Shown piece by piece: positions 9,423 through 22,647 of a DNA stretch of 64,000 nucleotides. This DNA comes from an uncultured Nitrospiraceae bacterium (GTDB lineage: Bacteria; Nitrospirota; Nitrospiria; Nitrospirales; Nitrospiraceae). The DNA is taken from NCBI GenBank assembly GCA_963846575.1, contig CAWJWJ010000002.1:544001-608000 (forward strand), given 5' to 3'. The first letter of the stretch is position 1; every line of letters starts with the position of its first letter. The notes below the pieces were generated by a model. That model had not been told where the DNA came from and searched no databases. It saw nothing but the letters and a program-made list of their open reading frames with translations. The position numbers were made by a program, and so were the translations under genes.

Positions 9423-10115
9423 ATGGGAAAGAAGATGGCCGCGGCTCAGGAAAAGCTCGAGCCCAGGTTTTATGGATTGAAAGAGGCGGTTGAGGCCGTC
9501 AAGCAGGCGGCGTTCGCCAAGTACGATGAATCAGTTGACCTGGCGATCCGCCTAGGGGTCGATCCGAAGCGCTCGGACCAGATGGTCCGTGGAACCACTG
9601 CCTTGCCGCACGGAACCGGAAAGAAGCTCCGCGTCCTGGTGTTCGCTAAGGGCGAGAAGGAGCAGGAGGCTCGACAGGCAGGTGCTGATTTCGTGGGGTC
9701 TGATGACTTGATGGAGAAGATCAAGGGCGGATGGATGGAATTCGATTGCGCTATTTCGACGCCTGACCTCATGGCGTCCGTCGGCAAGCTCGGAAAGGTG
9801 CTGGGGCCTCGCGGCCTGATGCCGAATCCGAAAACCGGTACCGTGACATTCGAGGTGGGCAAGGCCGTGAGCGAGATCCGCAAGGGACGTGTGGAGTTTA
9901 AGGTCGAAAAGGCGGGGATTGTGCAGGTGCCGGTGGGAAAGGTGTCGTTTGATGCCCAAAAGCTGTACGACAACGCTCATGCGGTGCTGGAGTCTGTTGT
10001 GAAGGCAAAGCCCTCCTCCTGTAAGGGGCGCTATCTCAAGAGTGTGACGATGTCGAGCACCATGGGGCCGGGGGTAAAGCTGGATCCTGTGGCCTTGTCG
10101 AAGTTGTGGAGTTGA
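9423..10115 (+). CDS. rplA: 50S ribosomal protein L1
   Basis: [37 protein letters not shown]. Confidence 0.99.
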   Translation: MGKKMAAAQEKLEPRFYGLKEAVEAVKQAAFAKYDESVDLAIRLGVDPKRSDQMVRGTTALPHGTGKKLRVLVFAKGEKEQEARQAGADFVGSDDLMEKIKGGWMEFDCAISTPDLMASVGKLGKVLGPRGLMPNPKTGTVTFEVGKAVSEIRKGRVEFKVEKAGIVQVPVGKVSFDAQKLYDNAHAVLESVVKAKPSSCKGRYLKSVTMSSTMGPGVKLDPVALSKLWS

Positions 10116-10146
10116 GAACAGTCAGGTTCTCAGTAAGGGGAAAGGC

Positions 10147-11082
10147 ATGAAGAAAGAAGAGAAGGCAACAGCGATCGGTGAATTGACGGAAAAATTCGGT
10201 CGCGCCCGCTTGGCTATTCTGACGGAATGCGCCGGAATGCCCGTCAATCAGATGACCGAGTTGCGCAGGCAGTTGCGCGGAGCCAAGGCAGAATACTGCG
10301 TGATCAAGAATACCCTGGCCGTGCGCGCGTCGGCCGGTACGATCCTCGCGGATGCCAAGCCCCATTTCAAGGGACCGACGGGCCTGGTGATCGGGTATGA
10401 CGATCCGGTGCTTCCGGCGAAAATTTTGCGGGACTTTATTCTGGCCGAGAAGCGAAGCGAGAAGATCAAAATCACCGTCGGAGTGCTTGAAGGTAAGCTT
10501 GTGCAGCCAGCGGAACTCGCGGCGATTGCGCAGTTGCCCAAGAGGGAAGTGCTGATTGCCATGCTGCTATCGGCCATGCAGGGTCCGATTCGCGGCGTGG
10601 TGTACGCGTTAAGCGGAGTGTTGAGCAAGTTCGTACGAGTCATTGCAGCCATTCAGGATAAAAAGAAAGGGGAGGGCGACATGTCAGCAGCAGCAGGAAC
10701 GAAATTGTCACAAGATGAAATGATCAAGGCAATTGAGGGTATGAGCGTGTTGGAATTGGCCGACCTGGTCAAGGGATTGGAGACACGTTTTGGGGTGACG
10801 GCAGCGGCCCCGATGGCCATGGCAGCACCGGCCGGCGGTGGAGCGGCGGCAGCTCCCGCAGAGGAAAAGACGTCCTTTGACGTGATTTTGGTCAGTGCTC
10901 CGGCGGACAAGAAGATTCAAGTCATCAAGGTCGTGCGCGAGCTCACCAGTCTCGGTCTCAAGGAAGCGAAGGACTTGGTCGAAGGTGCGCCGAAGCCCGT
11001 CAAGGCCGGTGTTACAAAGGAAGAGTCAGACGCCATGAAGAAGAAGCTCGAAGAAAGCGGTGCCAAGGTCGAAATCAAGTAA
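10147..11082 (+). CDS. rplJ: 50S ribosomal protein L10 fused in frame to L7/L12 (311 aa)
   Basis: Residues 1-178 are L10 ([24 protein letters not shown]). There is no stop codon and the frame continues into full L7/L12. Confidence 0.92.
   Translation: MKKEEKATAIGELTEKFGRARLAILTECAGMPVNQMTELRRQLRGAKAEYCVIKNTLAVRASAGTILADAKPHFKGPTGLVIGYDDPVLPAKILRDFILAEKRSEKIKITVGVLEGKLVQPAELAAIAQLPKREVLIAMLLSAMQGPIRGVVYALSGVLSKFVRVIAAIQDKKKGEGDMSAAAGTKLSQDEMIKAIEGMSVLELADLVKGLETRFGVTAAAPMAMAAPAGGGAAAAPAEEKTSFDVILVSAPADKKIQVIKVVRELTSLGLKEAKDLVEGAPKPVKAGVTKEESDAMKKKLEESGAKVEIK
10681..11082 (+). CDS. rplL: 50S ribosomal protein L7/L12 from an internal in-frame start
   Basis: SD AAAGGGGAGG then ATG at 10681. Motifs [11 protein letters not shown], Ala-rich hinge, [34 protein letters not shown]. 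Confidence 0.85.
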   Translation: MSAAAGTKLSQDEMIKAIEGMSVLELADLVKGLETRFGVTAAAPMAMAAPAGGGAAAAPAEEKTSFDVILVSAPADKKIQVIKVVRELTSLGLKEAKDLVEGAPKPVKAGVTKEESDAMKKKLEESGAKVEIK

Positions 11083-11166
11083 TTCTGCGCTGATCTGCGG
11101 TGTGCGGGGTTGTCCGGTGGGATGGCGCGATGCCGTCATCTCCTTATGAGCTTGGAGGGCTAACGA

Positions 11167-14100
11167 ATGTCGGAATCGACTCTTTCGGAGTTTGTCGAAC
11201 GCAAAGATTTTTCTCGGATTCGTACGAGCATCGACATTCCCGATCTCATTGAGATCCAGAAGCGGTCCTACGAGGAATTCCTCCAGATGGAGGTCGAACC
11301 GGATCGTCGCAAGGATCAAGGGTTGCAAGCCGCGTTGGCCAGCGTCTTTCCCATTACGGATTACAACAACACCGCGGCGCTCGAGTTCTCCAATTATTCT
11401 TTGGGGACCCCGAAATACGACGAGCGGGAATGTCTTGAGCAGGGGATGACCTATGCCGTTCCCTTGAAATTGCGGGTTCGGCTGATTGTGTTCGACAAGG
11501 AAGACAAGGGGCCGAAAAAGAAAGTCCTCGACGTCCGGGAGCAAGAGGTCTACGTCGGGGAGCTTCCCCTCATGACCGAGCGCGGCACGTTTCTGATTAA
11601 CGGCACCGAGCGAGTGGTGGTCAGTCAGTTGCACCGCTCGCCTGGCGCATCGTTTACCCATGATAAGGGGCGGACACACGCCAGCGGAAAGGTATTGTTC
11701 TCCGCACGGATCATTCCGTATCGTGGATCTTGGCTCGATTTCGAATTCGATGCTCGGGATATCCTATATGTTCGAATCGATCGACGCCGGAAGATGCCGG
11801 CCACCATCCTGCTGAAGGCTTTCGGCTATAGCACGGATGACTTGCTGCGCATGTATTATCCGGTGGAGGAGATACGTGTTTCCAAAGGGAAACTTTATCG
11901 AAAGCTCGATGCTGAAATCCATCATGGCTTGAAGTGTACGACGGAAGTGACGGAGAAAGGCGGGAAGGAACCTCTCGTCCGCGAAGGCGCCAAGCTGACG
12001 AAGGTTTTGATCGCCAAGCTCAAGGCGGCCGGAATCAAGGAGATTCCTGTGACCCCGGCCGAACTCGTCGGGCGTGCGGTCCTGACGGAGCTCGTAGATG
12101 CTGGCAAGAAGCAGTCGTTGGCCGAAAAGAATCAGCGTCTCACCGAAGAGATTCTGGAGAAGATACTGGACAGCGACATCGATGAATTCAAGGTCATTTA
12201 CCTGGATACGACGAATGCCACCCTCGTCATCCTCGACACCCTGGATATGGAGCATACCGTCTCGAAGGAAGAGGCGATGGTGGAGATTTATCGCCGTCTT
12301 CGGCCGGGCGAGACGCCCTCTGTGGAGACCGCGCGAGCTCTGTTCGACAATCTGTTTCTAAGTCCCAAGCGGTATGATTTGTCGCCGGTCGGTCGGTTGA
12401 AGCTTAATAAGAAGTTGGGCCTCGATTTTGCGCTCGAACAGCGAACCTTGACTGCTCAAGACATCGTGGAAGTCGTGCGCTATCTTGTGAATCTGAAAAT
12501 TGGTCGCGGTGAGATCGACGACATCGACCATTTGGGTAACCGCCGCGTACGGTCCGTCGGCGAATTGCTGGAGAATCAGTTCCGACTTGGTCTCGTTCGA
12601 ATGGAGCGGAGCATCAAGGAGCGTATGAATCTCCTGGACATGGAGACGGTGCTGCCCCATGACCTCATCAACGCTAAGCCGGTCGTGGCGGCGGTGAAGG
12701 AGTTTTTCAGCAGCAGTCAGCTGTCCCAGTTCATGGATCAAACCAATCCCCTGGCTGAAATCACGCACAAGAGGCGCCTCTCGGCCCTTGGGCCGGGTGG
12801 TTTAACGCGCGAGCGTGCCGGTTTCGAAGTGCGAGACGTGCATCCTTCCCATTACAGCCGTATCTGTCCGATCGAAACGCCGGAAGGCCCGAACATCGGC
12901 CTCATTACCTCACTGGCCACCTATGCGCGTATCAACGAATTCGGTTTCATCGAGGCGCCCTACCGGAAGGTGATCAAAGGCCGGGTCAGCGATGAGTTGG
13001 AATACCTCTCGGCGATCGAGGGTGACAAGTATGTGATTGCGCAAGCCAATTCAAAGGTCGATACGGCTGGACGACTCGTTTCCGAGACAGTATCGGCCCG
13101 ATCAGGAGGGGATTTCATTACGGCCACGCCGGATAAAGTGGAATACATGGATGTCTCCCCGAAGCAGGTCGTCAGCGTGGCCACGGCACTGGTACCGTTC
13201 CTTGAGCACGACGATGCCAACCGCGCCTTGATGGGTTCCAACATGCAGCGACAAGCGGTCCCTCTCCTCAAGGCGGAATCGCCGTTGGTGGGAACGGGTA
13301 TGGAAGCCGTCGTCGCGCGCGATTCTGGTTATGTTGTGCAGGCCAAGCGTGAAGGTGTAGTCGAAAGTGTCGATGCCACGAGAATCGTGGTGCGTGCGGA
13401 TTCCAAGGAAGGGCGCAAACGAAACGATGCCGGTCTCGATGTCTATGAGATGATCAAGTTCCAGCGGTCCAACCAGAATACTTGCATTACTCAAACCCCA
13501 GTAGTCCGGGTTGGAGAGCCTGTCAAGAAGGGGCAAGTACTCGCGGATGGCCCGGCCATTGATCACGGAGAACTCGCGCTCGGCAAGAACGTGCTTGTCG
13601 CGTTCATGCCCTGGGGCGGATATAACTTCGAAGACGCCATTCTTCTCAGCGAGAAGCTGGTGCGGGAAGACGCGTTCACCTCCATTCACATCGAAGAGTT
13701 CGAGGTGGAGGCGCGCGATACGAAGTTAGGGAAGGAAGATATCACGCGCGATATTCCTAATGTCGGCGAGGAAGCGCTTCGAGATCTGGACGAGAGCGGA
13801 ATTATCCGGATTGGTGCGGAAGTCAAGCCTGGCGACATCCTGGTTGGTAAGGTGACGCCGAAGGGCGAAACCCAACTGACGCCGGAAGAGAAATTGTTGC
13901 GCGCAATTTTTGGTGAAAAGGCCGGGGACGTCAAGGATACCTCTCTCACGGTTCCCCCTGGCGTGGAAGGCATTGTCGTCGACGTGAAGATCTTCTCTCG
14001 CAAAGGTTTGGACAAGGACGAACGGTCCAAGAGCATCGAGAGCGAAGATCACATGAAGCTGCAGCGCGACCATCAGGAAGAGCTGCGGATTATCGAAGAC

Positions 14101-15126
14101 GAGAAGACGAAAAAAGTCCGCAAGCTGTTACTCGGGAAAGTGGTCGGTCGGGATCTGATGGATCCTGAGACTGGCGACGTCATCCTGAAAAAGAAGGGCA
14201 AGTTAACTGCCGAAATACTCAAGCGCTTGCCGGACGACATGGTTCGACACATCATTCTCAGTGATCCTGATGAGCAGAAGGAGCTGGAAGATGTGGAGCG
14301 CCGGGCCAAGGAGCAGATCGAAATTCTTCAGACCTTGTACGATGAGAAGGTTGGTCGGCTGAGGAGAGGTGACGAACTTCCTCCCGGGGTAATCAAGCTC
14401 GTTAAGGTCTACATCGCGATGAAGCGGAAGATTCAGGTCGGCGATAAGATGGCCGGACGCCACGGGAACAAAGGCGTGGTGTCGCGAGTGCTGCCGGAAG
14501 AGGATATGCCGTACTTGCCGGACGGGACGCCGGTGGAAATCGTTTTGAATCCGTTGGGCGTGCCGTCTCGTATGAACGTGGGCCAGATTTTGGAGACTCA
14601 CTTGGGCTGGGCGGCGCGCGCATTGGGCATCAAGGTGGCAAGCCCTGTGTTCGACGGTGCGTCGGAGAAGGAAATCAAGGAACTGCTGAAAAAGGCAAAG
14701 ATTTCTCCTAGTGGGCAAACGATGTTGATGGATGGCCGCACAGGCGAATCGTTCAGCAGTCCCGTGACGGTTGGATATATGTATGTGCTGAAGTTGCATC
14801 ATTTGGTCGATGATAAGATTCACGCCCGGTCCATTGGTCCCTACTCCCTCGTGACCCAGCAGCCGCTGGGAGGGAAAGCGCAATTCGGCGGTCAGCGTTT
14901 GGGAGAGATGGAGGTCTGGGCACTGCAGGCGTATGGAGCCGCCTCTATCCTGCAGGAATTCCTGACCGTGAAATCCGACGACGTGCCGGGACGTTCGCGT
15001 ATGTATGAAGCGATTGTAAAGGGGGAGCCGTTCCTGGAACCTGGATTGCCGGAATCGTTCAACGTGTTAGTCAAAGAGCTGCAGAGTCTGGGGCTCGATG
15101 TCGAGCTGGTTAAATCGAAGGACTGA
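11167..15126 (+). CDS. rpoB: RNA polymerase beta subunit
   Basis: [51 protein letters not shown]. Confidence 0.99.
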   Translation: MSESTLSEFVERKDFSRIRTSIDIPDLIEIQKRSYEEFLQMEVEPDRRKDQGLQAALASVFPITDYNNTAALEFSNYSLGTPKYDERECLEQGMTYAVPLKLRVRLIVFDKEDKGPKKKVLDVREQEVYVGELPLMTERGTFLINGTERVVVSQLHRSPGASFTHDKGRTHASGKVLFSARIIPYRGSWLDFEFDARDILYVRIDRRRKMPATILLKAFGYSTDDLLRMYYPVEEIRVSKGKLYRKLDAEIHHGLKCTTEVTEKGGKEPLVREGAKLTKVLIAKLKAAGIKEIPVTPAELVGRAVLTELVDAGKKQSLAEKNQRLTEEILEKILDSDIDEFKVIYLDTTNATLVILDTLDMEHTVSKEEAMVEIYRRLRPGETPSVETARALFDNLFLSPKRYDLSPVGRLKLNKKLGLDFALEQRTLTAQDIVEVVRYLVNLKIGRGEIDDIDHLGNRRVRSVGELLENQFRLGLVRMERSIKERMNLLDMETVLPHDLINAKPVVAAVKEFFSSSQLSQFMDQTNPLAEITHKRRLSALGPGGLTRERAGFEVRDVHPSHYSRICPIETPEGPNIGLITSLATYARINEFGFIEAPYRKVIKGRVSDELEYLSAIEGDKYVIAQANSKVDTAGRLVSETVSARSGGDFITATPDKVEYMDVSPKQVVSVATALVPFLEHDDANRALMGSNMQRQAVPLLKAESPLVGTGMEAVVARDSGYVVQAKREGVVESVDATRIVVRADSKEGRKRNDAGLDVYEMIKFQRSNQNTCITQTPVVRVGEPVKKGQVLADGPAIDHGELALGKNVLVAFMPWGGYNFEDAILLSEKLVREDAFTSIHIEEFEVEARDTKLGKEDITRDIPNVGEEALRDLDESGIIRIGAEVKPGDILVGKVTPKGETQLTPEEKLLRAIFGEKAGDVKDTSLTVPPGVEGIVVDVKIFSRKGLDKDERSKSIESEDHMKLQRDHQEELRIIEDEKTKKVRKLLLGKVVGRDLMDPETGDVILKKKGKLTAEILKRLPDDMVRHIILSDPDEQKELEDVERRAKEQIEILQTLYDEKVGRLRRGDELPPGVIKLVKVYIAMKRKIQVGDKMAGRHGNKGVVSRVLPEEDMPYLPDGTPVEIVLNPLGVPSRMNVGQILETHLGWAARALGIKVASPVFDGASEKEIKELLKKAKISPSGQTMLMDGRTGESFSSPVTVGYMYVLKLHHLVDDKIHARSIGPYSLVTQQPLGGKAQFGGQRLGEMEVWALQAYGAASILQEFLTVKSDDVPGRSRMYEAIVKGEPFLEPGLPESFNVLVKELQSLGLDVELVKSKD

Positions 15127-15210
15127 TTCTAGTGCTGAGTGTCCATGCCCTATACGAATTACCTCACCACTTAGAACTGCGCTCAGGCGACCGTTAAGGA
15201 GGGATCAACC

Positions 15211-18200
15211 TTGGAAGGTGTATACACATTATTCGAAAAACCGCGGGACTCGGTGTCGTTCGACTCGATGCGAATTCGCATTGCGTCGCCCGAAAAAATC
15301 CGATCGTGGTCTTATGGCGAGGTCAAGAAGCCGGAAACGATCAATTATCGATCCTTCAAGCCTGAAAAGGACGGGTTGTTCTGCGCCAAGATCTTCGGCC
15401 CGATCAAGGACTGGGAATGCAATTGCGGTAAATATAAACGCATGAAGCATCGCGGTATCGTGTGCGACAAGTGCGGTGTGGAAGTCATTCAGTCCAAGGT
15501 GCGTCGCGAACGGATGGGGCACATCGAATTGGCTGCGCCGGTGGCGCATATCTGGTTCCTCAAAGGTGTCCCGAGTCGCATCGGAACCCTGTTGGACATG
15601 AGCCTCAAGCAGCTCGAGAAGATATTGTACTTTGAGAGCTACGTCATGGTCGATCCGGGCTCCACGAGCATGAGCGAGCAAGAGCTGGTGACGGAGGAAA
15701 AGCTCCGGGAGTTGCAGTCCGAGTATGGAAGCGGCGCTTTCAAGATCGGAATCGGGGCTGAGGCTATCCGTGAGCTGCTGCGCAAGGTGGACATCAATAC
15801 GCAATGGGATGAGTTGCATGTCAAGGCAAAAGCCTCGGCGTCTGCGGCATTGAAGAAAAAATATGCCAAGCGTTTGAAGGTGCTGGAAGCATTCCGCCGT
15901 TCGGGCAACAAGCCGGAATGGATGATCATGGACGTCATCCCGGTCTTGCCGCCGGAACTCCGTCCGCTTGTGCCCTTGGATGGGGGTCGGTTTGCGACCT
16001 CCGACCTCAACGATCTCTATCGTCGCGTGATCAATCGGAACAATCGTTTGAAGCGCTTGATCGAATTAAAAGCGCCCGGCGTCATCATTCGCAATGAAAT
16101 GCGCATGTTGCAGGAGGCGGTGGACGCCCTGTTCGACAACGGCCGCCGCGGCCGTGCGATTCGTGGGCCAAACAAGCGTCCGCTGAAGTCGCTGAGCGAT
16201 ATGTTGAAGGGTAAGCAGGGACGATTCCGTCAGAACCTTCTGGGTAAACGCGTCGACTACTCGGGCCGGACCGTCATCGTCGTCGGACCGGAGTTGCGAT
16301 TACACCAATGCGGCTTGCCCAAGAAAATGGCATTGGAATTGTTCAAGCCCTTCATTTTTCATAAGCTCGAAGAGCGGGGCGCAGCCACGACAATCAAGAG
16401 CGCGAAACGACTGGTCGAGAAAGAGCGGCCCGAGGTTTGGGATGTGCTGGACGAAGTTATTCGCGAACACCCCGTTTTGCTCAATCGTGCGCCGACACTG
16501 CACCGTTTGGGTATTCAAGCGTTCGATCCTGTGTTGGTCGAAGGTAAGGCAATCCGGCTTCATCCGCTCGTCTGCGCTGCGTTCAACGCCGACTTTGACG
16601 GTGACCAGATGGCCGTTCACGTGCCTTTGTCCGTGGAGGCCCAGGTCGAAGCACGCGTCTTAATGATGTCGATCAACAACATTCTTTCCCCTGCGAACGG
16701 CAAGCCGATTGCCGTACCATCCCAGGACATGGTCCTTGGCTGCTACTGGCTCACGAAGGAGCGAGTCGGCGCCAAAGGAGAAGGAAAGTTGTTCGGTTCC
16801 ACGGAGGAAGCAAGAATCGCCTATGATGCGGGTGCCCTGGATGAGCATGCACGGATCAAAGTCCGATGTAATGGCACGATGGTGCAAACGACCGCCGGCC
16901 GGGTCATCTTGTCTGAAATTCTCCCCACCATGATGCCCTTCGCCGATGCCAACAAGCTGATGACGAAGAAGGAAATGTCGAAACTCATCGACAACGTCTA
17001 TCGGCAGGCCGGGCATCGTGAGACGGTGACGTTTCTGGATAAAATCAAGGACCTTGGCTTCCACTATGCGACGAGGGCCGGAATGTCCATTTGCATCGAT
17101 AACATGCACATTCCGTCACGTAAGGAAGATCTCATCGGCAAGGCGCAGCATGAGGTTAACGAAATCGAGAAGCAGTACGCCGAAGGTCTGATCACCAACG
17201 GTGAGCGGTACAACAAAGTCATCGACATTTGGGCGCACGTCACCGAACAGGTGGCCAATGAGATGATGAAGGAACTGGGCGCCGGCGGAGATCCCGCCAA
17301 GGTCGAATCGTTCAATCCCATTTTCATGATGGCCGACTCGGGGGCGCGAGGAAGTTCACAGCAGATCCGTCAGCTTGGCGGTATGCGAGGACTGATGGCG
17401 AAACCGTCTGGCGAAATCATCGAGACTCCCATCACGGCCAATTTTCGTGAAGGGTTGACGGTGTTGCAGTATTTCATTTCGACGCACGGTGCTCGAAAGG
17501 GTTTGGCTGACACTGCATTGAAAACCGCCAATTCAGGCTACCTGACTCGTCGTTTGGTCGACATTGCGCAGGATGTCATCGTCACCGAGGAGGACTGCGG
17601 AACGACCGACGGGATCTTGGTCAGCGCTCTGCTTGAGGGCGGGGAAATCATCCAACCGTTGGAGGAGCGTCTTTTGGGGCGTCTCGCCGGCGAGGATATT
17701 CGAGATCCGGTGACCGGGGAAATTATCGTCTCCTTCAATGAAGAAATCGATGAAGAGCAGGCCAAAGCCGTGGTGGAGGCCGGTGTCGACCGCGTCAAGA
17801 TCCGTTCCGTGCTGACCTGTCAGTCTCCTCGCGGGGTCTGCCGACTGTGCTACGGTCGCGATTTGTCCCGCGGTCGTCTTGTGGAAAAGGGAGAACCGGT
17901 CGGAGTTATTGCCGCGCAATCAATTGGCGAACCAGGCACACAGTTGACCATGCGCACCTTCCACATCGGAGGTACTGCCAGCAAAGTGGTGGAGCAAACC
18001 GTGTTGGAGGCCAAGCATGCCGGTAGTCTGAAGTTCATGAGTTTGGACGCAAAGAAGAACGCGGACGTGCACAACGGCGGTATTGCGGTGAGGAATAAAG
18101 AGGGTGAGTGGGTCGTCATGAATCGCAACGCGAAAATTGCGATTGTCGACGACAGCGGTCGAGAGAGGGAAAAGTACCCGGTTGTCTACGGGGCGAAGAT

Positions 18201-19398
18201 CAAGGTTAAGGACGGGGACCGCATTGAGGTTGGCCAAAAGCTGGTCGAGTGGGACCCCTATTCCTTGACGATTCTCACGGAGACCGGCGGGAAGGTCGCC
18301 TACGGGGACATCCTCGAAGGCGTCACCATGAAGGAAGAGTTTGATGAAGTGACCGGCCTGTCACGGAAGGTCATCATCGAGCAGAGTGGTGCCACGCTGC
18401 GTCCGCGCGTGTCAATTAAGGATGACAGCGGCAAGACCGCCAAAGTCTCTGGATCGGGAGCGCCGGTGGCGCGCTATCTGTTGCCCGTGGGTGCGCATAT
18501 CTTTGTGGAAAAAGGCGCTATGGTCCACCCGGGCGATGTGTTGGCCAAAATCCCTCGTGAAACCACTAAGACGAAGGACATCACGGGTGGTCTTCCGCGT
18601 GTGGCAGAGTTGTTCGAGGCTCGCAAGCCGAAGGAGCAGGCGGTCATCAGCGAAATTGACGGAGAAGTGTCCTACGGCGGTTTCGTCAAGGGGATGCGAA
18701 AAGTTCTGGTCGATAACAAAATGGGGGATGTAAAAGAGTACTTTATCCCCAAGGGCAAGCACGTCAACGTGCATGAGGGTGACTGGGTGCGTGCCGGTGA
18801 GCCGCTGATGGATGGTTCCGCCAATCCTCACGACATTCTGGATGTGCTTGGTCCTAAAGAACTGCAGAAGTATCTTGTCGATGAAGTGCAGGACGTCTAC
18901 CGATTGCAAGGTGTGTCCATCAACGACAAGCATATTGAGATCATTGTGCGACAAATGCTACGGAAGGTTCGGATCGAAGATCCGGGCGATACGTCGTTCC
19001 TGCCTGGCAGCCAGGTCAGTAAGGGGCTGTTCGACGTCGAAAATCAGCGAGTGCTGGACAAGGACGGAAAGCCCGCGCTTGGAAAGCCAGTCCTGCTTGG
19101 TATCACCAAAGCTGCCTTGACCACGGATAGCTTTATTTCTGCGGCATCGTTCCAGGAGACCACTCGTGTATTGACCGAGGCCGCCATCAACGGACGAGAG
19201 GACAATCTTCTCGGATTGAAGGAAAATGTGATCGTTGGTCGCCTCATCCCAGCAGGAAGCGGATTCGAGGAGTACAGAGAGACCTTCGTCGCCAGTGCCA
19301 AACCTGCCGCTGAGCTTCAGGGAGGTCAAGTGCAACCCGTGGCAGTGGGGCAAGCACCGGCAGCTTCTACGGGAGCTGCAGGCGAAAATAATGAGTGA
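15211..19398 (+). CDS. rpoC: RNA polymerase beta' subunit (TTG start)
   Basis: Zn finger CNCGKYK...CDKC, catalytic [32 protein letters not shown] upstream. Confidence 0.99.
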   Translation: MEGVYTLFEKPRDSVSFDSMRIRIASPEKIRSWSYGEVKKPETINYRSFKPEKDGLFCAKIFGPIKDWECNCGKYKRMKHRGIVCDKCGVEVIQSKVRRERMGHIELAAPVAHIWFLKGVPSRIGTLLDMSLKQLEKILYFESYVMVDPGSTSMSEQELVTEEKLRELQSEYGSGAFKIGIGAEAIRELLRKVDINTQWDELHVKAKASASAALKKKYAKRLKVLEAFRRSGNKPEWMIMDVIPVLPPELRPLVPLDGGRFATSDLNDLYRRVINRNNRLKRLIELKAPGVIIRNEMRMLQEAVDALFDNGRRGRAIRGPNKRPLKSLSDMLKGKQGRFRQNLLGKRVDYSGRTVIVVGPELRLHQCGLPKKMALELFKPFIFHKLEERGAATTIKSAKRLVEKERPEVWDVLDEVIREHPVLLNRAPTLHRLGIQAFDPVLVEGKAIRLHPLVCAAFNADFDGDQMAVHVPLSVEAQVEARVLMMSINNILSPANGKPIAVPSQDMVLGCYWLTKERVGAKGEGKLFGSTEEARIAYDAGALDEHARIKVRCNGTMVQTTAGRVILSEILPTMMPFADANKLMTKKEMSKLIDNVYRQAGHRETVTFLDKIKDLGFHYATRAGMSICIDNMHIPSRKEDLIGKAQHEVNEIEKQYAEGLITNGERYNKVIDIWAHVTEQVANEMMKELGAGGDPAKVESFNPIFMMADSGARGSSQQIRQLGGMRGLMAKPSGEIIETPITANFREGLTVLQYFISTHGARKGLADTALKTANSGYLTRRLVDIAQDVIVTEEDCGTTDGILVSALLEGGEIIQPLEERLLGRLAGEDIRDPVTGEIIVSFNEEIDEEQAKAVVEAGVDRVKIRSVLTCQSPRGVCRLCYGRDLSRGRLVEKGEPVGVIAAQSIGEPGTQLTMRTFHIGGTASKVVEQTVLEAKHAGSLKFMSLDAKKNADVHNGGIAVRNKEGEWVVMNRNAKIAIVDDSGREREKYPVVYGAKIKVKDGDRIEVGQKLVEWDPYSLTILTETGGKVAYGDILEGVTMKEEFDEVTGLSRKVIIEQSGATLRPRVSIKDDSGKTAKVSGSGAPVARYLLPVGAHIFVEKGAMVHPGDVLAKIPRETTKTKDITGGLPRVAELFEARKPKEQAVISEIDGEVSYGGFVKGMRKVLVDNKMGDVKEYFIPKGKHVNVHEGDWVRAGEPLMDGSANPHDILDVLGPKELQKYLVDEVQDVYRLQGVSINDKHIEIIVRQMLRKVRIEDPGDTSFLPGSQVSKGLFDVENQRVLDKDGKPALGKPVLLGITKAALTTDSFISAASFQETTRVLTEAAINGREDNLLGLKENVIVGRLIPAGSGFEEYRETFVASAKPAAELQGGQVQPVAVGQAPAASTGAAGENNE

Positions 19399-19413
19399 AT
19401 TAACAGAAGCTTC

Positions 19414-19442
19414 TTGACATAAGTAGTGATGGTCTCTATAAT
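19414..19442 (+). promoter_or_regulatory. Perfect-consensus sigma70 promoter of the str (rpsL) operon
   Basis: TTGACA (19414-19419), 17 bp spacer, TATAAT (19437-19442). Confidence 0.9.
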
Positions 19443-19505
19443 CCGACGGCTTCGCTCATGAACATATTCAGCAACCGATTGTTTTATCGAGAAAGAGTAT
19501 AGTGC

Positions 19506-19877
19506 ATGCCAACGATTAATCAGCTTGTGCGAAAGGGTCGGACGCTCGTCAAGTCGAAAACCAAGAGCCCGGCGCTTAAGCGCTGCCCGCAAAAGCGCGG
19601 AGTCTGTCTTCGCGTATACACTACGACTCCGAAAAAGCCGAACTCGGCTCTCCGGAAGGTGGCTCGCGTGCGGCTGACGAACGGCATGGAAGTGACCACT
19701 TACATACCTGGCGTTGGCCACAACCTGCAGGAGCATTCGATTGTTCTGGTTCGCGGCGGTCGAGTCAAGGACTTGCCTGGTGTGAGGTATCACATTGTGC
19801 GTGGTTCTCTCGACGCTGTGGGCGTTGCCGATCGGAAACAGGCGCGTTCTAAGTACGGAGCCAAGCGGCCCAAATAG
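19506..19877 (+). CDS. rpsL: 30S ribosomal protein S12
   Basis: [34 protein letters not shown]. Confidence 0.99.
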   Translation: MPTINQLVRKGRTLVKSKTKSPALKRCPQKRGVCLRVYTTTPKKPNSALRKVARVRLTNGMEVTTYIPGVGHNLQEHSIVLVRGGRVKDLPGVRYHIVRGSLDAVGVADRKQARSKYGAKRPK

Positions 19878-19936
19878 CATGATTGTGTCATTGCGCCTGT
19901 GCGCAGTGGAAACTGAATTCACTTTATAGGATAACG

Positions 19937-20410
19937 ATGCCACGCGGACAATTTTTCGGCCATCGAGAAGCGCAGCCAGATTCGAAGTATCGTGACAAGC
20001 TCGTAGGAAAATTCCTGAACGTTCTTATGGGCGGAGGGAAGAAGAGTACCGCGGAGCGTATCTGTTACGGTGCATTTGACTTGATTCAGGAGAAGACCAG
20101 CGGTGGTGACCCGATGAAGATCTTCAAGTCGGCAATCGACAATGTGAAGCCGGTTGTGGAGGTCAAGTCGCGTCGGGTTGGTGGTGCTTCGTACCAGGTT
20201 CCTGTCGAGATCCGTCCGTCACGCAGGGTCTCATTGGCTCTGAGGTGGATCACTGAATATTCGCGTTCCCGGGGAGGGAAGAGTATGCAGGATCGTCTCG
20301 CGGCTGAACTGCTTGATGCTTCGAACAATACTGGTGCCTCGGTAAAGAAGCGTGAGGACGTGCATCGGATGGCCGAGGCTAACAAGGCTTTCGCTCATTA
20401 TCGTTGGTAG
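19937..20410 (+). CDS. rpsG: 30S ribosomal protein S7
   Basis: [30 protein letters not shown]. Start trimmed to MPRG at 19937. Confidence 0.98.
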   Translation: MPRGQFFGHREAQPDSKYRDKLVGKFLNVLMGGGKKSTAERICYGAFDLIQEKTSGGDPMKIFKSAIDNVKPVVEVKSRRVGGASYQVPVEIRPSRRVSLALRWITEYSRSRGGKSMQDRLAAELLDASNNTGASVKKREDVHRMAEANKAFAHYRW

Positions 20411-20531
20411 GTAGTTGATATCGTGTCGTGCTGCTGTTGAGCCGGGCTGCGACGGTGCTGTGTAGGCACCCATATCGCGGCGGAAGGTTTGCGGCTCGGA
20501 TGGCGGCACGTTCGTTTTTTCTGGGGGAGTT

Positions 20532-22613
20532 GTGGCTAGGCAAACACCGTTAGAGCGTACTCGGAACATCGGCATCATGGCTCACATCGATGCCGGAAAA
20601 ACTACGACCACGGAGCGAATTCTCTATTACACGGGAATGACGCACAAGATGGGCGAGGTCCACGAGGGTGCGGCGACGATGGATTGGATGGAGCAGGAGC
20701 GGGAGCGTGGTATTACCATCACGGCGGCCGCTACTACGTGTTTCTGGCGAGATCACCGTATCAACATCATTGATACGCCTGGTCACGTGGATTTTACCAT
20801 TGAAGTCGAGCGGTCCCTTCGTGTCCTGGACGGTGCGGTTGCGGCGTTTGACTCCGTGCAGGGTGTTGAGCCTCAGTCGGAGACTGTTTGGCGTCAGGCG
20901 GATAAGTATGAAGTGCCTCGAATCGCGTTTATGAATAAGATGGATCGGGTGGGGGCTGACTTTTACGCCAGTGTTCAATCGATTATCGATCGCCTGGGCG
21001 CGAATCCTGTGCCGATCCAGATTCCTATCGGGCGGGAAAGTGAGTTTCGAGGGTCTGTCGATTTGATCACGATGAAGGGCTTCTTTTACGACGACGAGAC
21101 GCTTGGCGCAAAATACAAGATCGGTGATATTCCTGAAAATATGTTGGAGCAGGCAAGGGAATATCGCGAGAAAATGCTCGATGCTGTGGCTGAGTTCGAC
21201 GATCAGGTTATGGAGAAGTACGTCAATGGTCAGCCTTTGACGGAGGATGAGGTGCGCCGTGTTGTGCGGGCCGGCACAATTGCCATGAAAGTCGTTCCGG
21301 TGTTGTGCGGATCTGCCTTTAAAAACAAGGGCGTGCAGCAACTTCTGGACGGCGTTGTTGATTTTCTTCCTTCTCCTATTGATATCCCCCCGGTTATGGG
21401 TGTTGATCCCAATACCGGAAAGGAGTCGCAGCGTAGCCCGTCAGACTCCGACCCATTTTCGGCTCTGGCATTTAAGATCATGACCGACCCATTTGCCGGG
21501 CAGTTGACGTTTTTTAGGGTCTACTCCGGAACGTTGAAGACCGGAACGCCAGTTCTCAATGTAACGAAGGGTACCAAGGATCGAGTCGGGCGACTCTTGA
21601 AGATGCACGCAAACAAGCGTGAGGAGATCGACATTGTCTATGCGGGAGATATTGCTGCGGCCGTAGGCCTCAAGGGCGCGACCACCGGCGACACATTGGC
21701 CGACGAGAAGCAGCCGGTTCTGCTGGAGATTATGAAGTTCCCCGAGCCTGTTATTGCGATGGCGATTGAGCCGAAAACGAAGCCTGACCAGGAAAAGATG
21801 GGATTTGCGCTGCAAAAGTTGGCTCAGGAAGATCCTTCGTTCCGAGTTCGGACGGATGAGGAAACGGCTCAGACTATTATTGCCGGTATGGGCGAGCTGC
21901 ACCTGGAAATTATTGTGGACCGTCTGCTGCGGGAATTTAAAGTCGAGGCCAATGTCGGTAAGCCTGAAGTCGCGTTTCGCGAGACCATTCGCCGTAAGGC
22001 GGAGGCTGAGTCGAAATATATCAAGCAGACTGGCGGCCGTGGGCAGTATGGGCATGTCGTGATGACGGTAGAGCCGTCAGAGTCTGGCAAGGGGCTGGAG
22101 TTTATAAACAAAACGGTCGGTGGCTCCATTCCGAAGGAATATATCCCTGCGATTGAAAAGGGTGTGAAGGAGCGAATGGAGACCGGAGTGGTGGCTGGAT
22201 TTCCGTTGCGCGATGTCAAGGTGACGGTGATTGACGGTTCCTATCATGACGTCGACTCCAACGAAATGGCCTTTAAGATCGCCGCCTCCATGGGATTTGC
22301 CGACGCATGCAAAAAGGCTGATCCGGTACTGCTTGAGCCCATCATGAAAGTTGAGGTCCTGGTGCCGCAGGAATTCATGGGGGATGTCATTGGTAATTTG
22401 AATGGTCGTCGCGGAAAAGTGCAGGGGATGAAGGTGCGCGCTGGGGCCCAAGCAATTGAGGCAACTGTCCCGCTTATGGAAATGTTCGGCTACGCCACGG
22501 ATTTGCGATCGCGAACCCAGGGGCGTGCTACCTATAGTATGGAGTTCGATCGTTACGATCAGGTGCCTAGGCAAATCGCCGAGGCCATTACTGCCAAGCA
22601 TCGTGGCGAGTAG
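20532..22613 (+). CDS. fusA: Elongation factor G
   Basis: [33 protein letters not shown]. Confidence 0.99.
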   Translation: MARQTPLERTRNIGIMAHIDAGKTTTTERILYYTGMTHKMGEVHEGAATMDWMEQERERGITITAAATTCFWRDHRINIIDTPGHVDFTIEVERSLRVLDGAVAAFDSVQGVEPQSETVWRQADKYEVPRIAFMNKMDRVGADFYASVQSIIDRLGANPVPIQIPIGRESEFRGSVDLITMKGFFYDDETLGAKYKIGDIPENMLEQAREYREKMLDAVAEFDDQVMEKYVNGQPLTEDEVRRVVRAGTIAMKVVPVLCGSAFKNKGVQQLLDGVVDFLPSPIDIPPVMGVDPNTGKESQRSPSDSDPFSALAFKIMTDPFAGQLTFFRVYSGTLKTGTPVLNVTKGTKDRVGRLLKMHANKREEIDIVYAGDIAAAVGLKGATTGDTLADEKQPVLLEIMKFPEPVIAMAIEPKTKPDQEKMGFALQKLAQEDPSFRVRTDEETAQTIIAGMGELHLEIIVDRLLREFKVEANVGKPEVAFRETIRRKAEAESKYIKQTGGRGQYGHVVMTVEPSESGKGLEFINKTVGGSIPKEYIPAIEKGVKERMETGVVAGFPLRDVKVTVIDGSYHDVDSNEMAFKIAASMGFADACKKADPVLLEPIMKVEVLVPQEFMGDVIGNLNGRRGKVQGMKVRAGAQAIEATVPLMEMFGYATDLRSRTQGRATYSMEFDRYDQVPRQIAEAITAKHRGE

Positions 22614-22647
22614 ATTTTTCGGTTCAGTGAACTAGGGAGGATTGGGG

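Noticed and set aside
10657..10670. A-rich run at the rplJ-rplL junction as a programmed frameshift releasing free L10
   Set aside because: T_AAA_AAG is not a full X_XXY_YYZ slippery heptamer and no stimulatory structure is evident. Cannot be excluded without Ribo-seq.
12712..12804. Possible resistance alleles in the rpoB rifampicin region (and rpsL)
   Set aside because: [25 protein letters not shown] and [10 protein letters not shown] look like the usual sensitive forms.
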